A stretch of 64,000 nucleotides of DNA, taken from the NCBI GenBank assembly GCA_018400015.1, contig JAGYNB010000002.1, positions 116,555 to 180,554 of the forward strand. The letters are read 5' to 3'. Below are positions 10,484 to 19,792 of the stretch, one piece after another. Numbering within the stretch: position 1 is the first letter of the stretch; every line of letters starts with the position of its first letter. Source of the stretch: Candidatus Omnitrophota bacterium (lineage in GTDB: Bacteria > Omnitrophota > Gorgyraeia > Gygaellales > Gygaellaceae). Below the pieces are notes generated by a model. The model did not search any database and was not told the DNA's origin. It saw only the letters and a list, made by a program, of their open reading frames with translations. The translations under genes were made by a program, and so were the position numbers.

Positions 10484-11275
10484 ATGATTGATAAAACCGC
10501 AATAATATCGAAAAAAGCAAAATTAGCTTCTAATATTAGAATAGGGGCTTTTAGCGTTATTGAAGATAATGTTAAGATCGGTTCTAATGTTGAGATAGCA
10601 AATCATTGCGTTATAACTGGGAATACTTCCATAGGAGACAATTGTAAGATTTTTACCGGTGCTGTGGTAGGTAGTATTCCTCAGGATCTAAAGTATAAGG
10701 GAGAAAAAAGTTTTTTAAATATAGGTAGTGATAATATTATCCGCGAATATGTAACCATTAATCCTGGAACTGAAAAAGGAGGCGCAACTACTATTGGCAA
10801 TAGTAATCTTTTTATGGCATATTCTCATGTTGCACATGATTGTAAGGTGGGTAGTAATTGTACTATTGCCAATAACGGTACATTAGCCGGACATGTCATT
10901 GTTGAGGATAAGGCGGTAATAGGTGGTTTGACTGCAGTGCATCAATTTTGCCGAATAGGGTATCTTTCGATAATTGGCGGATGTTCGAAAGTTGTTCAGG
11001 ATATAGCGCCTTTTTCTATGTCTGACGGTAATCCTGCAAGAGTTTGCGGTGTTAATTTGATTGGTTTAAGAAGAAATGGTTTCAATAAGCAGGAGATGGA
11101 TAGTATCAAGAAAGCAATCAAATTATTGTTTTTCTCAGGGCATATAAAAACACAGGCTATAAAACATATAAAAGATAATATTGATTTGTCGGAAAATATT
11201 ATTCATTTGATAGATTTTGTAGAATCTTCCCAGAGAGGATTATGTCGGTCCAAAAAAGAGAAAGAATCGGTTTAA
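10484..11275 (+). CDS. lpxA: UDP-N-acetylglucosamine O-acyltransferase
   Basis: PQDLKY, IREYVTI, HVAHDC, LAGHV, VHQF. Confidence 0.97.
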   Translation: MIDKTAIISKKAKLASNIRIGAFSVIEDNVKIGSNVEIANHCVITGNTSIGDNCKIFTGAVVGSIPQDLKYKGEKSFLNIGSDNIIREYVTINPGTEKGGATTIGNSNLFMAYSHVAHDCKVGSNCTIANNGTLAGHVIVEDKAVIGGLTAVHQFCRIGYLSIIGGCSKVVQDIAPFSMSDGNPARVCGVNLIGLRRNGFNKQEMDSIKKAIKLLFFSGHIKTQAIKHIKDNIDLSENIIHLIDFVESSQRGLCRSKKEKESV

Positions 11276-12060
11276 TAGCCGGTAATGGTCGTTTCCCCAT
11301 ACTTTTTGCTGAATCAGCAAAGAACCATAATGTTGATGTTGTTTGTATTGCTGTAAAAAAAGAAACCTCGCCACTGATAAGACAATTCGTAGATAAAATA
11401 TATTGGTTGGATGTGACCGAGTATTTAAAATTGGTTGATATATTTAAGTTAGACGGGATAAGACGCGTTGTAATGGCGGGTCAGATAAATCCGTTAAGGC
11501 TTTTTAGCAAAAAAGCAACGCAGAATAGTCAACTTGCGATTTTTCTAGCATCATTAAAAGATAAAAGAGCAGATTCGGTTTTTGGTGCGATAGCAGATAT
11601 ATTACAGAAAAACAGTATATCTTTAGAAGATTCACGTATGTTTCTTGATGATTATATACCAAAGAAAACAGTATTAACTAAACTTCAGCCTACACAGGCG
11701 CAGAAAGATGATATTGATTTTGGTTTTCAAATCGCAAAGACTATAGGTTCTGTGGATATTGGGCAGACCGTGGTTATCAAGAATAAAATTGTGGTTGCTG
11801 TTGAGGCAATTGAAGGGACCGATATTACCATAAGGCGAGCGGGCCGTATTGCCGGTAAGGGTTGTGTTGTCGTTAAGACAAACAAACCCAATCAGGATAT
11901 GCGCTTTGATGTTCCATTAATTGGATTAAGAACGTTAAAAAATCTTATTCGCATAAAAGCAAGTTGTTTAGCTATCGAGTCAGAAAAAACAATAATATTA
12001 GATAAGTCTTCCTGTATTGACTTGGCGGATAAGCATTCAATTTCCATAATCGCTTTATAA
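11242..12060 (+). CDS. lpxI: UDP-2,3-diacylglucosamine pyrophosphatase LpxI
   Basis: IGLIAGNGRFP, DIGQTVV, EAIEGTD, QDMRFDVP; follows lpxA. Confidence 0.93.
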   Translation: MSVQKRERIGLIAGNGRFPILFAESAKNHNVDVVCIAVKKETSPLIRQFVDKIYWLDVTEYLKLVDIFKLDGIRRVVMAGQINPLRLFSKKATQNSQLAIFLASLKDKRADSVFGAIADILQKNSISLEDSRMFLDDYIPKKTVLTKLQPTQAQKDDIDFGFQIAKTIGSVDIGQTVVIKNKIVVAVEAIEGTDITIRRAGRIAGKGCVVVKTNKPNQDMRFDVPLIGLRTLKNLIRIKASCLAIESEKTIILDKSSCIDLADKHSISIIAL

Positions 12061-12101
12061 TTAGTGATTAGCCATTCTTTAAGATCCAAATCTCAACAAT
12101 T

Positions 12102-12126
12102 AAGCCTGAATAGACAGGCTTTTTTT
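12102..12126 (+). terminator. Intrinsic terminator after the lpx cluster
   Basis: AAGCCTG-aataga-CAGGCTT stem followed by a T run. Confidence 0.75.
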
Positions 12127-12131
12127 ATAAT

Positions 12132-12746
12132 ATGTTAAGAACAATAAAAATAATTTTTGAAGATGAAAATCTGGCAGTATTTGATAAACCTGCGGGTTTA
12201 ATAATAAATGCCAAGAAAAAAAATCAATCTTGTTTAACCGATATCTTAAATAGGCAGTTTAAGGGTATAAAATATTATCCTTGCCATAGGCTGGATAAGC
12301 AGACTTCCGGGTTGATTCTTTATGCTAAAAGTAAGAATATGCGAGATAAACTAATGGATTATTTTAAAAGAAGAGAGGTGAAAAAAAGCTATGTTGCATT
12401 TTTGCATGGCTACTTGAAAAACCATTCAATAAAGATAGATGATAAAATAGATGGTAAACAAAGCATTTCAATAGTAAAATTATTAATTCAGAAGAGGAAA
12501 TTTGCCGTTGTTGAGTTAATTCCTTTGACTGGAAGAAAGAATCAACTCAGGATACATTGTAAACGTATTCATCATCCAATAGTAGGAGAGAGAAAGTTTG
12601 TTTTTGCCAAGGACTACGACGTTAAATTCAAAAGACTGGCTCTTCATGCCAATAAATTGTCTTTTAAACACCCGGTAACTAATAAAGATATTAAATTCGA
12701 AATTGATTTACCCGATGAGATGAAAAGATTTTTAAAAAATGACTAA
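12132..12746 (+). CDS. RluA-family pseudouridine synthase (no S4 domain)
   Basis: DKPAGL, catalytic HRLDKQTSG, TGRKNQLRIH, LALHA. Confidence 0.92.
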   Translation: MLRTIKIIFEDENLAVFDKPAGLIINAKKKNQSCLTDILNRQFKGIKYYPCHRLDKQTSGLILYAKSKNMRDKLMDYFKRREVKKSYVAFLHGYLKNHSIKIDDKIDGKQSISIVKLLIQKRKFAVVELIPLTGRKNQLRIHCKRIHHPIVGERKFVFAKDYDVKFKRLALHANKLSFKHPVTNKDIKFEIDLPDEMKRFLKND

Positions 12747-12752
12747 AATAAA

Positions 12753-13496
12753 ATGGGGATGCATTTAGAGTTTATACTATTAGGGTTAGTGCAAGGGATA
12801 AGTGAGTTTTTTCCTATAAGCAGCTCAGGCCATTTGGTTTTGATTCAAAGAGTTTTTGGTCTCAGCGAGATGCTTATTTTTGATATCGTTGTTCATTTTG
12901 CAAGTCTAGTTGCAATAGTGTATGTTTTTAGGAAGAGTTTTTTATCACTTAGCGTAAGAAGATTTTCTTTTTTGATAATTGCCTGTGTGCCCACAGGTAT
13001 CTCGTATTTTATTTTTAGCCGTTATATCGGTTCTCATTTTAATGATATAAATTATTTATGGTTGTTTTTCTTTATATCGGGAATTGTTATTTATTCTACT
13101 AAATTCGTTAGACCACAAAAAAACTTAAGTTTATTTTCTGTAATTGCTATAGGTATAGCTCAGGCAGTTGCTTTGTTTCCTGGGGTTTCGCGTTCAGGGA
13201 TGACTATTTCTGTAGGTCTTTTGTCTAAGTTGAGTAAAAAAGATGCTGTTGAATTTTCTTTTATGTTGGGGTCGATCGCAATTTTAGGCGCTACGCTTTT
13301 AAAATCAAAAGAAATAGTTTCAATTGATTCTTTTTTAGTGGTTCCTACAATCATGGGTTTTTTTGCCAGTCTTTTTTCCAGTATTATTGCTTTAAAGATT
13401 ATAATACGTTTTGTTGAGAAGTCGAAGTTTCATCTTTTTGGATATTATTGTTGGTTTATGGCTTTGGTGAGTTTAAGTATAAAATTTTGGTTATGA
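12753..13496 (+). CDS. uppP: Undecaprenyl-diphosphate phosphatase
   Basis: QGISEFFPISSSGH and PGVSRSG; polytopic membrane protein. Confidence 0.95.
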   Translation: MGMHLEFILLGLVQGISEFFPISSSGHLVLIQRVFGLSEMLIFDIVVHFASLVAIVYVFRKSFLSLSVRRFSFLIIACVPTGISYFIFSRYIGSHFNDINYLWLFFFISGIVIYSTKFVRPQKNLSLFSVIAIGIAQAVALFPGVSRSGMTISVGLLSKLSKKDAVEFSFMLGSIAILGATLLKSKEIVSIDSFLVVPTIMGFFASLFSSIIALKIIIRFVEKSKFHLFGYYCWFMALVSLSIKFWL

Positions 13497-15313
13497 TAAT
13501 GAATGATATATCAAACAGCTTATCTGCTGATAAATGGAAAATGATCGGAATTAATAAACGCGCAGGAATGCTTGTTCCGCTTTTCTGCTTTTATTCGAAA
13601 AATAGCCTTGGTATAGGTGATTTTTCCGATCTTAATCTGGTTGTTGATTTTGCTAAACTTTGCGCAAATTCAATTGTTCAGCTTTTACCGATGAACGAGC
13701 TGGGAATGAATTTTTGTCCGTATGATTCTTTAAGTTCTTTTGCATTAGAGCCGTCATATATCAGCTTTAGAGATTTATCTGTAAATAAAACTACGGTTAT
13801 TAACGATTTTATGAATAAACTTTCCCAAGAGATTCCTGTAAGAGGCGAGTATGTAGATTATAAAGTAAAGGATTTGAAGCTGAAGTTTTTAAAGTTGATA
13901 TTCCAAGAACAGAACGGTATTTTTTCTTCTGATTATAAACTGTTTAAACAAGATTATAAGTATTGGTTAGATGATTTTTGTCTTTTTAAGGTTTTAAAGA
14001 ATTTTCATAATGGGCTGCCGTGGTATGAATGGCCCCAGCAATTTAAAGATAGGAACCCATCTGCATTGGAGGAATTTAAACAAGAAAATAATACAGATTT
14101 AGAGTTTCAGTCATGGCTACAGTGGCAGCTTTATCGACAGTTCAGAAAATGTAAAGAGTATGCCAACAAAAAAGGAGTTTATTTAAAAGGAGATTTACCT
14201 ATACTTGTTTCGCGTGACAGTGCGGATGTCTGGGCAAAGAGGAGATTTTTTAAACTGTATTTATCTAGCGGTGCTCCTGTTGATATGTATTGCGCTAAAG
14301 GACAACGTTGGGGTACGCCTCCTTACAATTGGAAGAATATTTTTGAAGATGATTACCAGATTATAAGAAATAGGCTTATTTATGCCGAGAATTTTTACGA
14401 TATGATAAGGCTTGATCATGTGGTAGGTTTATTTAGGATATGGAGTATTCCTTTTGATGAGCCTTTGGAAAATGAAGGCATAAATGGTTTTTTTGACCCG
14501 GTTGATGAATCATTATGGGCAAAGCAAGGTAGAGATATTTTATCCGCCATGATTTCTTCTACTAAGATGCTTATTTGTGCAGAGGATTTAGGGACCGTGC
14601 CTGAAGTTTGTCCGGTGGTTTTAGAAGAATTAGGTATTCCCGGTAATGACGTACAGCGTTGGAAAAAAGATTGGTTAGTCACGCATGATTTTTTAAAACC
14701 CGAAAATTACAGGGGAATTGCTGTGTCTATGCTTTCTACACACGATACGACCAATTGGTTTGCCTGGTGGGAATTTGAGGCCGGTACTGTTGACGAGAGG
14801 CTCTTTGAAAGGTTATGTATAGAAAAAAACATAGATTTTGTAAATATTAAAGAAAAATTATTTTCTAAAAATCTTTCTGGCAATGGCAGGTTGCGTTGGC
14901 AGGATAGGATAGATTCAATAGATAAATTATGCGAATATTTATCAAAGCCCGTTGATGAACTTCATCAGATTGTCGATATGTATCTTAATTCTTTCCGGGA
15001 AAAGGAAAAGCTGTTTTCTCAGCTTGGATTGAATATTCCTTACCAGGAAAAATGCTCCCGAGACATAATTACAGCTATCTATAAACAGAATTTGAAAGCG
15101 AAATCTATTTTTTGCATCCAAACGATTATTGATATATTATATGTAGGTGCTTTGTTAAAAGATAAGGCTTGCATAAATAGAATCAATACTCCAGGAGTAA
15201 TAAGTTTGAAAAATTGGTCGTTATTGCTGCCTGTTTCTATTGAAGATTTAATTGCTTCAGATTTAGCGGATACGATTAAAGAAACTGTATTTTCATCAGG
15301 AAGAACGTTTTAA
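13493..15313 (+). CDS. malQ: 4-alpha-glucanotransferase (GH77)
   Basis: GIGDF, QLLP, GDLPI, GQRWG, catalytic RLDH / AEDLG / THD, RINTPG. Start moved to ATG 13493 (ATGA overlap with the uppP stop). Confidence 0.93.
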   Translation: MIMNDISNSLSADKWKMIGINKRAGMLVPLFCFYSKNSLGIGDFSDLNLVVDFAKLCANSIVQLLPMNELGMNFCPYDSLSSFALEPSYISFRDLSVNKTTVINDFMNKLSQEIPVRGEYVDYKVKDLKLKFLKLIFQEQNGIFSSDYKLFKQDYKYWLDDFCLFKVLKNFHNGLPWYEWPQQFKDRNPSALEEFKQENNTDLEFQSWLQWQLYRQFRKCKEYANKKGVYLKGDLPILVSRDSADVWAKRRFFKLYLSSGAPVDMYCAKGQRWGTPPYNWKNIFEDDYQIIRNRLIYAENFYDMIRLDHVVGLFRIWSIPFDEPLENEGINGFFDPVDESLWAKQGRDILSAMISSTKMLICAEDLGTVPEVCPVVLEELGIPGNDVQRWKKDWLVTHDFLKPENYRGIAVSMLSTHDTTNWFAWWEFEAGTVDERLFERLCIEKNIDFVNIKEKLFSKNLSGNGRLRWQDRIDSIDKLCEYLSKPVDELHQIVDMYLNSFREKEKLFSQLGLNIPYQEKCSRDIITAIYKQNLKAKSIFCIQTIIDILYVGALLKDKACINRINTPGVISLKNWSLLLPVSIEDLIASDLADTIKETVFSSGRTF

Positions 15314-15327
15314 AAGAAAGGTTTGTT

Positions 15328-15921
15328 ATGAAAAATACTATCAGAAAACATTTTCTAACTGGTTTATTGGCGGTGGTGCCGTTTTTTTTGACGATATATG
15401 TCCTAGTTCTCATATTCCAATTTATCGACGGCCTAACAGGCAGGTTTATCAACACTTATATCAGAAGTCAGCTTGGGTTTTATATCCCCGGCCTTGGTTT
15501 GATAGTTTTCTTTGTGTTGATATTTTCTGTTGGTTTTGTGGCTAATATATTTATCGGCAGAAGAATATTTTTATTTTTTGAAAAGTGGTTCAAAAATTTA
15601 CCTTTTGTTAATAAGATATACCCGGCTTTTAAGCAGATAGTTTCTTTTATGCTGCAACAGAAGGAATCTAAATTCAAGAAAGTTGTTTTAGTTGAGTATC
15701 CGAGGAAAGGTATTTGGTCTATAGGTTTTCTTACTAATGAAGATACGCAGAGTTTTCTTGATGAAATAGAGAAGGATTTAGTTTCAATTTTCATACCTAG
15801 TTCTCCCGGTCCTTTTACAGGCTATGTTTTGTTTTTTTCTAGAAAAGAATTAAAGTTTTTAGATATTAGTGTTACTGATGCTTTAAAGGTAATTTTTTCA
15901 GGAGGTATTATCAGAAAATAA
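15328..15921 (+). CDS. DUF502 family membrane protein
   Basis: FLTGLL..P..LT, VVLVEYPRKG.W..GF.T, FIPSSPGPFTG. Confidence 0.88.
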   Translation: MKNTIRKHFLTGLLAVVPFFLTIYVLVLIFQFIDGLTGRFINTYIRSQLGFYIPGLGLIVFFVLIFSVGFVANIFIGRRIFLFFEKWFKNLPFVNKIYPAFKQIVSFMLQQKESKFKKVVLVEYPRKGIWSIGFLTNEDTQSFLDEIEKDLVSIFIPSSPGPFTGYVLFFSRKELKFLDISVTDALKVIFSGGIIRK

Positions 15922-16424
15922 TGCAGATTTCTAGTCTGATTAGATCCAGACGTTCAATAAGACGGTTTAAGCATAATACTATTTCTTCCAAGGATTTAAG
16001 TTCTATTATCGAAGCTGCTCGCTGGGCACCTTCGGGATTGAATAACCAGCCCTGGAGATTCATAATAATAAAAGATAGGGACAGTTCTAAGAAGATAAGT
16101 GAATTTACCAAGTATGCAAGCATTGTTAGAGAAGCAGCTATAAATATAGTCGTATGCTTAAAAATATCTTGTTCTTATGATCGGGAAAAGGATTTAATGG
16201 CAGTTGGTGCCTGTATCCAGAATATGCTTTTGCAGGCGCATAGATTAGGAATAGGCTCATGTTGGATAGGAGAAATCTTAAGGAGAAAGAAAGAGCTCTC
16301 ACGGAGTTTGGATATCAATAAAGATTTAGAAATAATGGCGGTTGTGTCGTTTGGATACCCAAAAGTAAAAGCAAAAAAGGCAGTTAGGTTAAATTCTAAG
16401 CGATTGGTAGTTGCCATAAAATAA
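15921..16424 (+). CDS. Nitroreductase family protein
   Basis: RRSIRRF, APSGLNNQPWRF, QNMLLQAH.LGIGSCWIG. Confidence 0.92.
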   Translation: MQISSLIRSRRSIRRFKHNTISSKDLSSIIEAARWAPSGLNNQPWRFIIIKDRDSSKKISEFTKYASIVREAAINIVVCLKISCSYDREKDLMAVGACIQNMLLQAHRLGIGSCWIGEILRRKKELSRSLDINKDLEIMAVVSFGYPKVKAKKAVRLNSKRLVVAIK

Positions 16425-16434
16425 AACAATTAAC

Positions 16435-16462
16435 TTGACAAAAATATCCGGATTTATATAAT
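16435..16462 (+). promoter_or_regulatory. Sigma70 promoter of the SpeD-like gene
   Basis: TTGACA (16435-40), 16 bp spacer, TATAAT (16457-62); AAGGA RBS at 16471. Confidence 0.8.
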
Positions 16463-16480
16463 AAAATTGAAAGGAATAAA

Positions 16481-16906
16481 ATGAATATAAAAACTATAAC
16501 GGAAAAAAAACAAGAAGATATAGATAAGAAATTTTTGCCTTTTGGTTTTCAGTTATTGTTGGATCTTTACGATTGTAAGCCTGGCGCTTGTGATGATTTA
16601 GATCTTTGCTATAAATATCTTGATGAAATAGTTCCTTATTTAGGCATGGAAAAACAAGCTCCTCCGAATATTTTCAGAAGTGATGAAACACGTTTTCCGG
16701 ATAAGGCTGGACTTTCCGGGTGGGTTCCTTTGATAGAGAGTTCTATTGTAATACATACATTGACTCCTAAGGATTTTATTTCCGTAGATGTTTATTGTTG
16801 CAAGGGGTTTGATACTAATAAAGCAAAGCGTTTTACGAGTAGGTTTTTCCAGCCCAAAAGGATAGATGAACAATATTTAGAAAGAGGGCTTGATTATTAT
16901 AAGTAG
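16481..16906 (+). CDS. Pyruvoyl-dependent decarboxylase proenzyme, AdoMetDC (SpeD/SpeH)-like; substrate uncertain
   Basis: G.QLLLDLYDC, GLSGWVPLIE|SSIVIHT, SVDVYCC, terminal ERG. The cleavage site reads ESS rather than ESH. Confidence 0.85.
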   Translation: MNIKTITEKKQEDIDKKFLPFGFQLLLDLYDCKPGACDDLDLCYKYLDEIVPYLGMEKQAPPNIFRSDETRFPDKAGLSGWVPLIESSIVIHTLTPKDFISVDVYCCKGFDTNKAKRFTSRFFQPKRIDEQYLERGLDYYK

Positions 16907-16932
16907 TTTTTGAATAATTAAATTAGTTTACT

Positions 16933-16965
16933 ATACCCAATTCGAGAGGATTGGGTATTTTTTTT
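16933..16965 (+). terminator. Intrinsic terminator between the SpeD-like gene and the convergent GH94 gene
   Basis: ATACCCAATTC-GAGA-GGATTGGGTAT (GNRA loop, one G-U pair) followed by a T run. Confidence 0.85.
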
Positions 16966-16979
16966 AATGTATAAAGATA

Positions 16980-19670
16980 TCAGCGAATAGCAATATCGAT
17001 TTTAATATCCGTAGGCGCACCTTTTAAGGCAGCTTTATTAATGAATAGTCTTTCTTTTGTTTTTGTTAAATTTATTTCTGGTTTTGATATTACGCTTATA
17101 ATTTCATTTTTGAATTTATCTGTAGATTTATCGTTATAACTTAGTTTAATTTTTTTATTAAGAAAGTTGAAATCCACGCTAATCAGATTATTTAAGAATA
17201 TCTTCTTGCAAAGCTTTGGTTTGATTTCTAGACTGCCAAAATTTCCTTTTATGCCGAATATCTCGGTTAATAAAACAAAAATAAACCAGCTCGCCGATCC
17301 GGTTAGATAGCTGTATAAGGCTTTTTTCTCTAGATTAAAGTATTCAGGCAAATTAGGGAATATCTTACTTGTTTTATAGTCTGTACTTAATACGTATAGA
17401 CCATGCAGAATTCCCCATGCTTTTTCATTGAAGGAATTTTTTAATAAAGCATATGCGAATATTACGTTCATATGGCTGAATATAGAACCGTTTTCTTTTT
17501 CTCCGTAAGAGAAAGAAAATGCCCTGCCCAAGTCTATTTGCGGATAAATAAAATCCGTGTTTAGTTTATAAGTGCCTGTTTTGTTATGATGGAGGTATTT
17601 ATCTATAGTTTTAATTACTTTTAATGATTCCTGTCTGCTGGCTAAACCAGTCAAAAGAGGGAAAACCTGTGATTCCAATATTATGTTTATTTTTGAGCCT
17701 TTTTTTCCTTCAACCCGTTTGGATTTATTATCGTAGTATCCGTTGAAGATAGATACATTGTTGTTAATTTTCAATAATTCGTTATTCTTTATATGCTTTT
17801 TTATCCAGGAGGATTTTCTTATTATATCGTTTATGATTTGTTCAATTGTGATATCAATTTTTGTTCCGGAAACCCTTTCTCGGGTTGCCCAGAGATATTT
17901 ATCCAGCAGAATATTCTTTTCATGGACACTGGCATAATTTATTGGTTTGGTTATCGTATCAAGCAGTACTATGATTTCTTTTGTCAGTTTTATGGTTTTT
18001 ATTTTCTTTGATGTATTGATATATTTCAGCAAATTTGCGATTTTCTCAAGATTATATGCATAAAAGCTTGAAAATGTAACGCTTTCGCCTTTTTCTGGGG
18101 CCATATCCAGTCCATCATTCCAATCGGCATCTTCAAGTTTGATGTTATTGTGTTTTCCGACATTAAAAAATTGGACTAAATGCTGCAGTAGGATATGCTC
18201 TAAAAGAGTTGCTTTATGTACCGAATTTTTATTGTTGAGAAGTTTTTTCTTAATATTTGGATTAGGGTTTATTAGCTTTGCTCTTTTTGATATGCCATCG
18301 TTTAAATAGGATATTTGGGAGAAAAGTATTTCTGTATCGTCTGTGTAATTCAGATAAAGCAGAAGAGTAAAAAACGGCCAAACTCCATGATCCATCCAGA
18401 CTCTTGGAATAGAATTACGGTCGCTGATGAAGGTTGTATTATCTTCAGCGATTATGGTTGCATTGGTTCCATCAATTCTTATCCCGCTAAGACTATTCGT
18501 AATAAATTTACGCAGATTATTTTTTTTGCCGGAATCATTGATAATTAACGTTAGATAGTCTTGCCATATGTCACGCCAGCCTCTATTGCCTTTGCCATAG
18601 TCAAAATGCGGCAGGAAGGAACAGCCGAAAATTTTTCTTAATACCGGCTGAATATTCACCCATTTTAGCCAGTTATTTATATTTTTTTCTCCCAGATCGA
18701 ATTTGATGTTGGAAAGATTTCTCCAGTATTTCTTATTTTTTTCTAATGCAGAATTTACTTTATTTAAGTTATTATATTTTTTGGCGATTTTGCTTAAAGA
18801 GGGATTTTTTTCGTTTATACCCAGCAGGAGTATATATGTTTTGTTTTGAAGAGGGGGAATGGTTGTTGTTTGAAATCTTAATGAGCCAATAATTTCTTTG
18901 CCGTGAATATTATTTACCTTGGGTATGAAATTATCAAGAACTGCTTCGGGCGCTTCTAGATCTCCATTTTTTCCAATAAAGCTTTCAAGGTCACAAATTA
19001 TATGTTTTGGGTTATTCCCGTTTGCATCAAAGCCAAAGCAAAAATAAGAAGTTTTATTTATACTATGGCCCCTTTCGTTAAATACCATGGTTGGTTTCAG
19101 CACTACACCGGATTTTTTCAGATAGGCGCGATTTAATAAGCTGGTTACGTGTCTGTGGTCGCGGATATTCTCTGCGCTTTTGCCATATAGAGGAATTGCG
19201 CTGGTTGCGGTTATAGTCATTTTCTTTTTTGTGATATTTGTAAGTTTAACCAGCATTATCTCAAGAGTTTCATTCCCGGCAGGAACAAAGTTGGTGATTT
19301 CCGACTGGAGACCAATTTTTTTGTTTACGATTTTGATTTTGTGCCATAAAAGTCCTGCTTCTAAAGTTTTTTTATCGAATTTTTTATCAGGCAGACTGGA
19401 AACGCCGCTAGCTGACCAGGATATTTTTCTGTTATTTATATGTATCCAGAAATTCCGGCTGAATTTAGTGTTTTTTATGTCTGGTATTGTAATCGGAGGC
19501 AGGAGGAATTTGTCGTTAGAGATTTTTATGTCGCCTTTTAGCTGGGCAGTTATAGAACTTTTTATGCCTTTTTGGTTTGCAAGAGGAAAATATGTTTCTT
19601 GAAAATTGGAAAGGTCAACGCAGCTAAATGTACCATTGTTATTGATAAATTTGCATAACTTATTGTTCAT
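16980..19670 (-). CDS. GH94 glycoside phosphorylase, laminaribiose-phosphorylase-like
   Basis: YFPLAN, SRNFW, EAGLLWH, AIPLYG.SA...RDHRHVTSLL, CSFLPHFDYG...GWRDIWQD, catalytic ADWNDGLD, KENG..FSHM, YLTGSASW. Start set at ATG 19670 based on the promoter position. Confidence 0.85.
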   Translation of the reverse strand: MNNKLCKFINNNGTFSCVDLSNFQETYFPLANQKGIKSSITAQLKGDIKISNDKFLLPPITIPDIKNTKFSRNFWIHINNRKISWSASGVSSLPDKKFDKKTLEAGLLWHKIKIVNKKIGLQSEITNFVPAGNETLEIMLVKLTNITKKKMTITATSAIPLYGKSAENIRDHRHVTSLLNRAYLKKSGVVLKPTMVFNERGHSINKTSYFCFGFDANGNNPKHIICDLESFIGKNGDLEAPEAVLDNFIPKVNNIHGKEIIGSLRFQTTTIPPLQNKTYILLLGINEKNPSLSKIAKKYNNLNKVNSALEKNKKYWRNLSNIKFDLGEKNINNWLKWVNIQPVLRKIFGCSFLPHFDYGKGNRGWRDIWQDYLTLIINDSGKKNNLRKFITNSLSGIRIDGTNATIIAEDNTTFISDRNSIPRVWMDHGVWPFFTLLLYLNYTDDTEILFSQISYLNDGISKRAKLINPNPNIKKKLLNNKNSVHKATLLEHILLQHLVQFFNVGKHNNIKLEDADWNDGLDMAPEKGESVTFSSFYAYNLEKIANLLKYINTSKKIKTIKLTKEIIVLLDTITKPINYASVHEKNILLDKYLWATRERVSGTKIDITIEQIINDIIRKSSWIKKHIKNNELLKINNNVSIFNGYYDNKSKRVEGKKGSKINIILESQVFPLLTGLASRQESLKVIKTIDKYLHHNKTGTYKLNTDFIYPQIDLGRAFSFSYGEKENGSIFSHMNVIFAYALLKNSFNEKAWGILHGLYVLSTDYKTSKIFPNLPEYFNLEKKALYSYLTGSASWFIFVLLTEIFGIKGNFGSLEIKPKLCKKIFLNNLISVDFNFLNKKIKLSYNDKSTDKFKNEIISVISKPEINLTKTKERLFINKAALKGAPTDIKIDIAIR

Positions 19671-19679
19671 TGGGTATTT

Positions 19680-19708
19680 AGTATAAATCAATTATATAAG
19701 CTTGGCAA
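19680..19708 (-). promoter_or_regulatory. Sigma70 promoter of the GH94 gene
   Basis: Minus strand TTGCCA (19708-19703), 17 bp spacer, TATACT (19685-19680). Confidence 0.65.
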
Positions 19709-19792
19709 GGTTTAATTTATCGCTTTTTTGAAAATTATTTTGTGTTAGTAGAATAAAGAAGTATAATAGCTAGTTAAAGGAGGTACCTGGTT

